A stretch of DNA of 64,000 bases, taken from positions 928,001 to 992,000 of the forward strand of contig CAWDXE010000001.1 of the NCBI GenBank assembly GCA_963806185.1. Direction: 5' to 3'. The notes beneath the pieces are model-generated. The model made no database searches, had not been told where the DNA came from, and saw nothing but the letters and a program-made list of their open reading frames with translations. The translations under genes and the position numbers were made by a program. Every line of letters starts with the position of its first letter. Position 1 is the stretch's first letter. The stretch is from an uncultured candidate division Zixibacteria bacterium (lineage in GTDB: Bacteria > Zixibacteria > MSB-5A5 > GN15 > FEB-12). This document shows positions 28,925-38,876 of this stretch, one piece after another.

Positions 28925-31900
28925 CTACTTCAGCAGCAACATCTTCTTTACTTCAACGAAACTGCCTGCCTGTAAGCGATAGAAGTAGACGCCACTGGTC
29001 GAAGGTCCGCCGTCGTGATCGCGGCCATCCCATTGTAGCCTGTGCTCACCGGCTTCCATCTGACTCTGGATCAGGGTGGCAACCCGTTGTCCCACGATGT
29101 TGAACACGTCGACCGTGACGAAACTCATGGTCGGCAAGGCAATATCGATGGTCGTGGTCGGGTTGAACGGGTTGGGATAGTTCTGCCCAAGGGCAAATCG
29201 GTCCGGGATGAGGTTGTTGTGATCGTCATCGACGCCGGCAACAATTGAGGGCGCAAAGTCCTGATCGAGCTGATCCGAATGGACATTCGTATAGCTCCGG
29301 CTGACCGGAACAAAGGAATACCCGGTCATGCTCGGTGTCACTGTGCCGCTCCAGTCGTACGGAACGGCAAACAAGTAATCACCGTTACTGTCGGCAATCG
29401 TGGTTCTGGTCGAATCATCGACATAACTCAGGGTCACACCAGCTATGCCGGCGCTGCCGGAAATGGTGACTGGATCATGCGCGGCCACCCTAATAGCCAC
29501 CACCTCGCTGTCGACCAACGCTCCATCAGAAGCGACAAAGGTAACGTGGTATACGCCTGCTTGCGTATAGTCGGGACTAAAACGCAAGTTGCCGGTGCCG
29601 CCCCCGAGATCGACAAAAGCGGCGTTTGTCGGAAGGTTCTCCGTCGACACAATCAGGCTGTCATCATCAGCATCAATGGCACTCACATTAATGTCCAGCG
29701 TATCACCTTCAAGCACCATCTGCGCACCAATCGCAGAGAGCACCGGCACACGATTGACGTTGCTCACCGTAATCGACGTCATCTGTGTGTCAGCCAACGA
29801 GCCGTCAGAAGCAATCAGGCTCACTGAGTAAGATCCGGCCTGCGTGTAATCGGGCGAAAATGTCAAGGTGCCCGCGCCGTTGGCAGAATCGGTAAACGTC
29901 GCGTTGGCCGGTAGGTTTAGAGCGGCCAGCGACGGAACGGTACCGTCAGAATCGCTCGCCTGGACGTGCAGATTCAGCGTCTGATTTTCAGCCATCGACT
30001 GTGTGCCGCTCACGAACAACAGCGGCTTGCGATTGACACCGGTTACCGTGATCGATACCGACGCACTGTCGGCCAGGGCTCCGTCAGAAACGATGAAAAC
30101 AACGTCGTACGCTCCCGCCTGAGTATAGTCGGGACTGAAGGTCAGGCTACCGGTCCCATCTCCGTGGTCGACAAAGGCGGCCTGTGTCGGAAGGTTCTCC
30201 GCCGAGAGAGTCAGGCCGTCTCCGTCAGGGTCAGTGGCAGTCACCACAGTACTCAGAGTGTCACCTTCAGGTACCGACTGCGCACCAATGGCAGCCAGAG
30301 ACGGAGGCGCGTTGACCGCGGTTACCGTAATGACCACCGTCTCACTGTCGACCAGGATTCCGTCGGAAACGATGAAAGTCACGGTGTAAGCTCCGGCCTG
30401 CGTGAAGGTGGGGCTGAAAGTCAGAATGCCCGTCCCGTTCCCATTATCCGACAAGTCGGCGTTCGGAGGTAGATTGACGGCCGACAGCATCAGGCTGTCA
30501 CCGTCAGCGTCAGCAGCACTGATGCCAACCACCAGCGTGTCGCCCTCCGGCACTGACTGCGCACCGATGGATGCAAGCACCGGCGGATCGGGACGATCTT
30601 CACCGACGGCAAAATCGCCGAAGGCGTCAACCGCTGTCGCCTCGGTGCTGGTCTCTCCTTTGATGCCTGTCATCGGATAAGACCAGACTCCGCCGGCATA
30701 TCTGCCCGGCTTGAACAGCTCAGGATTAGCCCCGGCATCAACATCGCCGGCACCAAAGTTGAAAGTGACGTCGAAATCAGTAAAGGCAATACCGCTATTG
30801 GTAAGTCTCCAGAATCTGTTAACACTCTGGAGAGGGTCGATTGTTGAGGTTGCGATGCCGGCGTGTTCGCCGGCTGTTGTGCTCGCTGTCAAGTCACCAT
30901 CTGCGGTAATTCCTGAGAATGATATACTCAACGGAGAATAATTGTTCGCGTCTCCGATCTCGAAGGTCTGAGACGGTGACGCCGCTGAGATATGCTTTCT
31001 CAGATCACCGACCACGTGGCCGCTTATGTGCGACACGCTACCTGTTCCGGTGACCACGACGGCATTCGCACCGGTACTGATGTTGCCGCCCGCAAGAGTA
31101 AGTGTCCCGCTGACATTGAATGTCCTGTTGACCACGACTTTCCCGGTCAACTTGTCAATCGTCAGATCGTTGAAAGTCGTGGTGGCGCTTCCACCGATTG
31201 ACTGATCGGTGACGCCGGCAAAAACGATGTTGCTTCCCGACGCTCCAAATGTGTTGTTGTTGCTGAATCCCCCCTTGAGCTCAAGAGCATAGGCGCCGGC
31301 ATTGAAAGAGGCGCTGGATCCAATGGTAAAGGTCCCGGCTGTTACAATAGCTGATCCGGCGGTGGCGGATGCGGTTCCCGAAATGGTGAAGTCGCCGCCG
31401 ACGGTGAGCGTCGAGACCGGCAGAGTTTTCGCGCCACTGCCACTAAGGGTAAGATGGTGGTAGGCCGTTGCCGGCACAATCTGAGCCGCTCCATTGTAGT
31501 TGACGGTGTTGGAATTGGTAGTTGCGTCAAGGGTGGAGATGCCCTGGATTCCGGCTACACTAAGCGTCGCACCCGCACCCTGGAGAAACTCACCGGTTCC
31601 ATTTAGGACCGTGGACACCGTGAAGTTCGTCAGATTATTGGTCAGTGTGACCTGGTTAACAGTGACATTGCCGATGGTAACGGCGCCCGCGCCGTCCAGC
31701 GATTGTGAGTTGGCGCTGAAAGTGTAAACGCCGGTACCGGAACTGAAGGTAGTACCATTGTGTATGAGACCGCCCTGGAGAGTGATCGCAGAGTTACCGG
31801 CATTCGTCCAGGCGCCACCCGATTCGATGGTGACCAGACCGTTGTAGGTCTTTGTACCGGCGGCGGAGGAGTGTGCCAATGTTCCGCTCACGGACGTCGT

Positions 31901-33901
31901 CCCCGTGACGGAAAGACCGAAACCCGCCACGGTGAGAGTTGTACCGCTACCGACTGAGAGCTTGCCCCCGGTCGAGACGGAAATTGCCGTGGTGGCAGAG
32001 CACGTCCCCGACAGTGTGAGATCGCCGTTGATCGTGCCCACACTGGTGAGCGTCTTAACGCCACTTCCACTTAGCGTGAGATTGTGATATGCCGTAGGCT
32101 TCACCGTCTGCGCTCCACCGCTGTAGTTGACAGTGTTGGCGCCGGCGGAAGCGTCAAGAGTGGTGATGGCCGACGTGCCGCCGATAGTGAGGGCGGCACC
32201 AGTTCCTTGAACCAGATCCCCGGCCCCACTCAAGGCAGTGGAAACCGCGAAATTTGTCGCGTTGTTGGTGAGCGTAACCGCGTTGACGGTCACGTTGCTG
32301 ATTGTGAGAGCGTTGCCGCCGTCAACGGTCTGGGGATTAGTACCAAAGGTATAGACTCCGGTACCGGAACTGAACGTGGTTCCGTTGTAGGTGAGTCCTC
32401 CCTGAAGGGTGATCGCCGAGTTACCGGCATTTGTCCAGGAACCACCCGAGTCGATTGTGATCCGACCGTTATACGTCTTCGTGCCGGTTGCTGAGGAATG
32501 GGCGAGTGTCCCGCCCACCGAGGTCGTGCCTGTCACGGTCAGGTCGAAACCGGCCACCGTAAACGTCGTGCCAGTGCCGACCGTGAGGTTTCCGCCGATC
32601 GCAGTAGCTACTGCTGTAGCGGCTGTACATGTTCCTGACAAGGTGAGGTTGCCGCTGATGGTCCCCACGCCGGTGAGCGTCTTGGCGCCGCTTCCGCTCA
32701 GGGTGAGGTGCTGATAGGCGATGGGCTTGACCGTCTGGGCCGCTCCATTGTAGTTGACGAGGTTGAGAGCGGCGGTACAGGTGAGAGTGGTGATGGCGGA
32801 GGTACCGCCGATATTGAGGGTGGCGCCGGCTCCATTGGTAAGCGTGCCGGTCCCCGCGAGCGCCGTACTCACAGTCAGGACGCCGTTGTTGGTGACGGTT
32901 CCGTTGGTGGTGAGATTCGGAATTGGGACAATGCTGGCACCGCTAATAGTCTTGGTTGCACCGCTAAACGTGTAGACCCCCGTACCCGCGTTGATCGTGC
33001 CATCATTGCGAAGACTTCCGGCCAGATCTATTGATTCGTTGCCGGAGGTGTTGTCCCAGAGTCCCCCGTTGTTGATAGTGATGTCGCCGGTGAAGGTCTT
33101 GGTGCCGGTCGATGAGGTGAAGGCGAGTCGGCCGGTCACGCTGGTCGATCCGGAAACCGTGAACGTGTAGGGACCAACCGTGAGAGTACCGCTCGCGACG
33201 GTGAGGGCGCCGCCGATGGTAGTTGTGCCGGTGAGAGTCACGCCACCGGAGGTATTGCTGACAGTGACATTGGCATAGGTGGTATACGTACCCAGGGTCT
33301 GTGCCGCGCTACCGTTGAAGTTGATAGTGCCGGCCCCGCCGGTGGTGAGCGTGCCACCACTTTCGAAATTGCCACCGACGTTGACTGTACTCGCGCCGGT
33401 AGAGATGAATTGTGCCTGGGCCGCCGTACCGGTAAACGTGACAGATCCGGCGACGGTGATGGTGCCGGTGCTGACAGTGACAACGCAGGTACGTCCGGCA
33501 GTGGCACTGCCGGGAATGGCAATGCTCGCAACATTGAGCGTACCGGCGCCAACATTAATTGTGGCCGTGCCTGCCGTTGGTGACGTCATCGCAATCGCAC
33601 CACTCACATTCAATAGTATGCCGGAACTGACAGTGATGCCATTCGTCCCACCTGTATTGGCAGCGATTGTTACCGAAGTAGCCTCCGCGTCAACCGCGAC
33701 GGTGACCACGTGACTGCTCGCGATTGTCACGTCATCTCCTGCTCCCGGCGGCACACCGCCAACCCAGGTCGTGCCGGCATCCCAGTTACCGCTTTGTGCC
33801 GTAACTATGCCGGCCGCCCGGGCGCGTGTTGCCGCAACGGATATAGACAGAAGGATTAGCGCAACTAGTAGGAGTCTTGAAGTTTGAATGCAGTGAGACA
33901 G
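28925..33901 (-). CDS. Large secreted repetitive protein: Gly/Thr-rich beta-solenoid repeats, four Ig/cadherin-like repeats and a C-terminal FlgD-Ig/T9SS-like sorting domain; start uncertain
   Basis: C-terminus QNYPNPFNPTT...WDG...SGVYFYRL...KKMLLLK. The frame stays open upstream of GTG 33754 through SGNWDAGTTW and a signal peptide RLLLVALILLSISVAATRARA. The end coordinate given is a candidate CTG start. Confidence 0.85.
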   Translation of the reverse strand: MSHCIQTSRLLLVALILLSISVAATRARAAGIVTAQSGNWDAGTTWVGGVPPGAGDDVTIASSHVVTVAVDAEATSVTIAANTGGTNGITVSSGILLNVSGAIAMTSPTAGTATINVGAGTLNVASIAIPGSATAGRTCVVTVSTGTITVAGSVTFTGTAAQAQFISTGASTVNVGGNFESGGTLTTGGAGTINFNGSAAQTLGTYTTYANVTVSNTSGGVTLTGTTTIGGALTVASGTLTVGPYTFTVSGSTSVTGRLAFTSSTGTKTFTGDITINNGGLWDNTSGNESIDLAGSLRNDGTINAGTGVYTFSGATKTISGASIVPIPNLTTNGTVTNNGVLTVSTALAGTGTLTNGAGATLNIGGTSAITTLTCTAALNLVNYNGAAQTVKPIAYQHLTLSGSGAKTLTGVGTISGNLTLSGTCTAATAVATAIGGNLTVGTGTTFTVAGFDLTVTGTTSVGGTLAHSSATGTKTYNGRITIDSGGSWTNAGNSAITLQGGLTYNGTTFSSGTGVYTFGTNPQTVDGGNALTISNVTVNAVTLTNNATNFAVSTALSGAGDLVQGTGAALTIGGTSAITTLDASAGANTVNYSGGAQTVKPTAYHNLTLSGSGVKTLTSVGTINGDLTLSGTCSATTAISVSTGGKLSVGSGTTLTVAGFGLSVTGTTSVSGTLAHSSAAGTKTYNGLVTIESGGAWTNAGNSAITLQGGLIHNGTTFSSGTGVYTFSANSQSLDGAGAVTIGNVTVNQVTLTNNLTNFTVSTVLNGTGEFLQGAGATLSVAGIQGISTLDATTNSNTVNYNGAAQIVPATAYHHLTLSGSGAKTLPVSTLTVGGDFTISGTASATAGSAIVTAGTFTIGSSASFNAGAYALELKGGFSNNNTFGASGSNIVFAGVTDQSIGGSATTTFNDLTIDKLTGKVVVNRTFNVSGTLTLAGGNISTGANAVVVTGTGSVSHISGHVVGDLRKHISAASPSQTFEIGDANNYSPLSISFSGITADGDLTASTTAGEHAGIATSTIDPLQSVNRFWRLTNSGIAFTDFDVTFNFGAGDVDAGANPELFKPGRYAGGVWSYPMTGIKGETSTEATAVDAFGDFAVGEDRPDPPVLASIGAQSVPEGDTLVVGISAADADGDSLMLSAVNLPPNADLSDNGNGTGILTFSPTFTQAGAYTVTFIVSDGILVDSETVVITVTAVNAPPSLAAIGAQSVPEGDTLSTVVTATDPDGDGLTLSAENLPTQAAFVDHGDGTGSLTFSPDYTQAGAYDVVFIVSDGALADSASVSITVTGVNRKPLLFVSGTQSMAENQTLNLHVQASDSDGTVPSLAALNLPANATFTDSANGAGTLTFSPDYTQAGSYSVSLIASDGSLADTQMTSITVSNVNRVPVLSAIGAQMVLEGDTLDINVSAIDADDDSLIVSTENLPTNAAFVDLGGGTGNLRFSPDYTQAGVYHVTFVASDGALVDSEVVAIRVAAHDPVTISGSAGIAGVTLSYVDDSTRTTIADSNGDYLFAVPYDWSGTVTPSMTGYSFVPVSRSYTNVHSDQLDQDFAPSIVAGVDDDHNNLIPDRFALGQNYPNPFNPTTTIDIALPTMSFVTVDVFNIVGQRVATLIQSQMEAGEHRLQWDGRDHDGGPSTSGVYFYRLQAGSFVEVKKMLLLK
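29490..30590 (-). repeat. Four tandem ~93-aa Ig/cadherin-like repeats
   Basis: P.L..IGAQ.V.EGDTL...D.DGD.L...NLP..A...D...GTG.L.FSPDYTQAG.Y.V.F..SDG occurs four times. Boundaries are approximate. Confidence 0.85.
31300..33350 (-). repeat. About three tandem ~209-aa (627-nt) intragenic repeats
   Basis: GTTACCGGCATT recurs at 31793 and 32420. The peptides VNY.G.AQ...Y..LTLSGSG.KTL and GTGVYTF recur with this period. Boundaries are approximate. Confidence 0.8.
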
Positions 33902-34772
33902 GGCAACCTGAAGTATTCCCCGTCTTGATCTGAAATCCCCCCGCGGATACCGGGCGCGAACGGATCGCGGGCAATATCCATTGACACCAGCCCGTTCACA
34001 GCACCAACGGGCAGGGTTGGTTTTGAAACACGCTCACGTTTAACTCCATTTCCAAAGCTGGATAGTAGTCGACAGTCCGACACCAAGAGCGACCAGCAGG
34101 CAATTGCCGGACTAATCGATAGGATCGGGACTGACAGCTAATTCTCGCATTCCAGATTGTCTACTTTGGTGTCGGCTTTCCCGGGGCGAACTTGAGTCAT
34201 CGATAACTCAACTGCCACTACGCAAGCTGATGAAACTGCAATGGGTTGCGCTCATGAAAAACGGAGCGGCAAGAACGCGCAGCCTGACCTCATCGGTAGG
34301 GCTTTCTCCAAGGTCAAGAACAACCGGACGATCAGGGACTCGTAGCTGTACGTTTTCAAGGTGGGCCTGCCCCACGCGCGTTCAGCCGCCAGGGAGTTGA
34401 CGACTCGACAGCGCAAACCCTTGGTTAGTGAACGGGCAGAGTTCGGCAACTGTTGCGCGCCCAACATCTTTACTGTCGGAGGCCGCTCGCCCAACTTTTC
34501 CACAATCTGCCTTCGTAGAATCCCCTGTATGTGGACCTCTTCAACCTCTGAAGGAATTCGCGCTTCTTCCGACCTACACAAGTAAGTAGAACTCCTCAGG
34601 TGCTTGCTATTGAAGCACTTCATGAAGTACGGCGACTTGTTTCCCGAGCAGCACACAAAGCGACGGACATGGGGAAACGAAGAAAGGGTTTTCACATGAC
34701 ACCAGACGACTGCGTTTGTGTGAACGAGTTCATAGCGCTTGCTGAGCATCGCTCCGATGGAGTATCGGTACG

Positions 34773-37271
34773 ATGAAGGTTTGCGTGACTCGCGAGCCTG
34801 CCGAAAAGGCGCTCGGACATGACGAAGAGAAGTATCGGATCCTACTCGAGGCGACCGGTTACGGTTTTGCCGTATTCGGTGATGACTGCAAAGTGATCGA
34901 CGCCAATCTGGAGTACGTTCGTCTTGCCGGCCGTTCCAACCCCAGCGAGGTGGTTGGGCACAGCATGATGGAATGGACCGCCGACGGTGAGCGCTCAAAG
35001 AGTGAGGCGGCGGTACGTGAATGCCTGAAGAAAGGCTCAATCAGGGGTCTGGAAGTCAATTACCTCAGTCTTTCCGGCACTATTATTCCAGTGGAAGTGA
35101 GCGCCATCGTTGTTGATTCGGGGAATGGTCCGCATATACTGGCTCTCTGCCGCGATATCTCGCAACCTCGGCCATCTGACAGGAAGCTGCGTGAAACCGA
35201 GCGGGGGCTGGCCGACGCCGAGGGCTTTGTCAGGAACATCCTTAATTCAATTGGAACCGGAATTGTTATTGTCGACGCCCTCACGCACGAGATCGTAGAA
35301 ATCAACGACTACGCGCTGAGACTTATCGGGACGGACCTGGATGCTGCCAGGGGGAGGGTGTGCCATCAGTTCATCTGCCCGGCCCAAAAGGGGGCCTGCC
35401 CCATCTCTGACCTGAAGAACACCGTAGACAATTCCGAGCGGGTGCTGCTAACCGCGAATGGGAGCATGATTCCCATCCTGAAGACAGTGACACCTATCAC
35501 CCGCCAGGGTCGACCGTATCTCATCGAGAGTTTCTGGGATATAACCGATCGCAAGCGGGCCGAAGAAGCGCTCAAGCTCGACGAGTCCCGCCTCGGCGCA
35601 CTGTTGCAACTGCACCAGATGATCAACGCGACGGAGAGCCAGATCACGCACTTCGCGATGGAGGAAGCGGTCCGCCTGACCGGCAGCACGATCGGCTATA
35701 TCGCATTTGCCGACGAAACCGAATCGGTATTGACCATGTACGCCTGGTCAAGTACGGCCATGAAGGAATGCCGGATTCAGGACAAACCGATTGTCTACCC
35801 AGTGAAGGATACCGGCCTGTGGGGTGAAGCTGTTCGCCAGCGCCGTCCGGTAGTCACCAACGAATACGCCGAGCCTAGTCCACTGAAGAAGGGAATCCCC
35901 GAGGGCCACGTCCGCATCGCGCGTCACATGAACGTGCCCATATTCGATAATGATCGCATTGTCATCGTCGCCGGCGTCGGTAATAAATCAACGGCCTACG
36001 ACGACACGGACATCCGGCAGTTGACTCTGCTTATGTCCGGGCTCTGGAGTATTGTGCAATACAGGCGGTCTCAGGAACAGGCTCTGACCCTTCAGGACAA
36101 ACTCGAACGCGCCGAGCGCATGGAGTCGCTCGGCGTACTGGCCGGAGGTGTCGCCCACGACCTCAATAACATGCTCGGACCGGTGGTCGGATTCTCGGAG
36201 TTGGTCCTACGCGATCTTCCCAACGATTCTAAAATTGCCAGTCGAGTGGCCAAAATTATGAAATCGGCCCAGGACGCGGCCGACGTCATTCAGGATCTGC
36301 TCACACTCGCCCGCCGCGGCCGCTATGAGATGTGTCCGCTGTTGCTCAACGACGTGATCACGTCGTATCTCGAGTCGCCGGGTTTTGCCAAACTCAAGGA
36401 ACGACACCCAAACGCGCAACTCGATCTTGCCCTGGCTCCCGACCTCAAGCCGATAAACGGGTCGCACGTGCATTTGTCAAAGGTCATTATGAACCTCGTC
36501 GCGAACGCCTGCGAAGCCATGCCCGATTCAGGGATTCTGTCATTGCAGACAGAAACACATCACATCAAAACGTTGTTCAGCGGCTATGCCAAAATCGAAG
36601 AGGGCGAGTACGTCGTCCTCAAGGTAAAGGACTCCGGCATCGGGATCAGCCAGGAGGATTTGGCCAAGATTTTCGAGCCGTACTATTCAAAGAAGAAGTT
36701 GGGTCTGAGCGGCAGTGGCCTCGGTCTTTCGGTCGTATACGGCGTTGCCAAGGACCATGGCGGCTACTATGACGTCTTTTCCGAACTCGGCCAAGGAACG
36801 GAATTTGTGTTGTACTTTCCGGTGTGCGGGGACGCGCTTCCGATCAAAGAAGATCAAATCAACATTGCCTTCGGCACCGAACACGTACTGATAGTCGACG
36901 ATAGCCCGGACCAGCGCGAGCTGGCGAAGGAAATTGTCTCGACTCTCGGCTATCGCGTGGATGTGGTTGAAGACGGCCACGAGGCACTGCGCTTCCTTAA
37001 GCGGCAATCCGTCGATATAATCATGCTGGATATGATCATGGAAACCGGCTTCGACGGCCTCGATACTTACCGGGAAATCCTGAAGATCCGATCCGATCAG
37101 AAGGTTGTCATAGTCAGCGGCTTCTCTGCCACCGAGAGAGTAGAGGCGATGCAGGCACTCGGTGCCGGTACGTATGTCAGAAAACCTTACAACATGAATT
37201 CCATCGCCAAAGCGCTCCGAGACGAACTGAACCAATTACCGAAAAATGCCATCATGCACACGACGACCTAG
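34773..37271 (+). CDS. Hybrid sensor histidine kinase (PAS-PAS-GAF-HisKA-HATPase-REC)
   Basis: Motifs GGVAHDLNN, NLVANA, DSGIG, GSGLGLS, receiver LIVDD...LDMIM...KP and GAF GLWGEAVRQRRP. Confidence 0.93.
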   Translation: MKVCVTREPAEKALGHDEEKYRILLEATGYGFAVFGDDCKVIDANLEYVRLAGRSNPSEVVGHSMMEWTADGERSKSEAAVRECLKKGSIRGLEVNYLSLSGTIIPVEVSAIVVDSGNGPHILALCRDISQPRPSDRKLRETERGLADAEGFVRNILNSIGTGIVIVDALTHEIVEINDYALRLIGTDLDAARGRVCHQFICPAQKGACPISDLKNTVDNSERVLLTANGSMIPILKTVTPITRQGRPYLIESFWDITDRKRAEEALKLDESRLGALLQLHQMINATESQITHFAMEEAVRLTGSTIGYIAFADETESVLTMYAWSSTAMKECRIQDKPIVYPVKDTGLWGEAVRQRRPVVTNEYAEPSPLKKGIPEGHVRIARHMNVPIFDNDRIVIVAGVGNKSTAYDDTDIRQLTLLMSGLWSIVQYRRSQEQALTLQDKLERAERMESLGVLAGGVAHDLNNMLGPVVGFSELVLRDLPNDSKIASRVAKIMKSAQDAADVIQDLLTLARRGRYEMCPLLLNDVITSYLESPGFAKLKERHPNAQLDLALAPDLKPINGSHVHLSKVIMNLVANACEAMPDSGILSLQTETHHIKTLFSGYAKIEEGEYVVLKVKDSGIGISQEDLAKIFEPYYSKKKLGLSGSGLGLSVVYGVAKDHGGYYDVFSELGQGTEFVLYFPVCGDALPIKEDQINIAFGTEHVLIVDDSPDQRELAKEIVSTLGYRVDVVEDGHEALRFLKRQSVDIIMLDMIMETGFDGLDTYREILKIRSDQKVVIVSGFSATERVEAMQALGAGTYVRKPYNMNSIAKALRDELNQLPKNAIMHTTT

Positions 37272-37361
37272 GTGAGTCTCCGGCCGATACTCACTCTATG
37301 AACAAGAGTGGTTGAGAATCAACTTTGTGTGCGAATGCAACAGGTTAGAATGGGCGCAGGT

Positions 37362-38850
37362 TCAGCCGGTACAGGTTTTCGCCTTTTCCAGGCTGGATTT
37401 CAGGCGCTGCAGGGATTCCTGCTGGCCGAGAATCTCAAGGATGTCGGTTGCTCCGCCGGGCGTGGCGCTCGTACCGGATATTGCAATCCTGACAGCCCAC
37501 ATAACGGTTCCTGTTTTCAAACCAAGAGATGTGCTAAGTTTCTTAAGTTCTTCCCACAGAGATTCGTTTTTCCACGGCTGGACGGTATTGAGAACCTCAA
37601 TTGCCGCCGGCAGAATTTGTTTTGTGCTATCGAGAGTGGCCTTCTGCCCCTTGTTTACGAACAGCTCGCAGTCAAAACTCGGGAAGAGCCTCAAAGAAAG
37701 CAATGTGCTGCGGAATCTGAGAGAATTTTTCAATGCGAGGCTGAATCAAGGCCATCAATTTGGCAATATCAATATCCCGCGTGATGACGCCCTTCACATG
37801 CGGTAACGCAAGTTCGCTGAATCGCTCTGGCGTCAACTTGCGGATATACATGCCATTAAACCAGAGCAACTTCTCGAAATCAAATATCGACGACGATTTG
37901 TTTATCCCTGATACGCGAAATCTCTGTACCAGCTCCCCGAGTGTGAAAAATTCCTCACTCGTGTCTTTCGGGCTCCAGCCAAGCAATGCAATATAATTGA
38001 CTATGCTTTCAGGCATGAAGCCGTCTTGAACAAGGTCCTGAAAGCTGACGGCACCGTGTCGCTTCGAGAGCTTGGATACCGTACCGTCCTCGCTCTTTCC
38101 CATAATCAATGGCAGATGTACATACGCGGGACGTTCCCAACCGAAGTGATCATAGAGGATAACATACTGTGGAGTCGACGAGAGATATTCCGATCCGCGA
38201 ACAACGTGCGTCACTCCCATAAGGTGGTCGTCAACTACGTGGGCAAAATTGTAGGTTGGATAACCATCTGATTTGATGAGCACACTATCCTGGAGGTCCG
38301 AATTCGCTCGCGAAATACTACCGAAAACCAGGTCATCGAAGGTGGTCGTTCCGTCCAGCGGCACTTTCTGGCGAATCACATAGGGCATACCGCTCTGGAG
38401 CTTGTCACTTACTTCCTCCGGCGACAGGTTCCTGCAATGTCGGCCATAGCCGTAACTGCTACTATCTTCGGTCGCTTCATCGGGTTCCTGATTGCCGCAG
38501 AAGCAGTAGTACGCGTGGCCGGCGGAAATCAGTCTCTCAGCATATTCAATGTAAATGTCCTTCCTCTCACTTTGCACATAAGGGCCATTGGCCCCCCCTT
38601 TGCCCGGCCCTTCATCGTACTGTAGACCTGCCAGATTAAGCGTGTCGTAGATGATTTGAATGGCGTTCTCAACCAGTCGTTTTCTATCCGTATCTTCGAT
38701 GCGAAGTATGAATGTCCCGCCATTGGACTTTGCCAACAAGTATGAGTACAGTGCCGTGCGAAGATTACCAATGTGCATGTAACCAGAGGGGCTGGGTGCA
38801 AAGCGTGTGACAACCTTATCCTTGTTCATTCCATCCAATACCGGTTTCAT
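37362..38850 (-). CDS. gltX: Glutamate--tRNA ligase, with a +1 frameshift at about 37675
   Basis: Motifs RFAPSPSG, HIGN, RIEDTD, VVDDHLMGVTHVVRG and KLSKR. The anticodon-domain end (MWAVRIAISG...TPG) lies in the +1 frame after GAG TTT TGA C. Confidence 0.93.
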
Positions 38851-38876
38851 ATGCTGACGATAGACTGTTTCTCGAT

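Noticed and set aside
34227..34262. Hammerhead-like CTGATGA...GAAA
   Set aside because: Stem II does not close next to the core, and no stems I/III were found.
34252..35040. 262-aa minus-strand ORF
   Set aside because: Overlaps the histidine kinase start in antisense and has no motifs.
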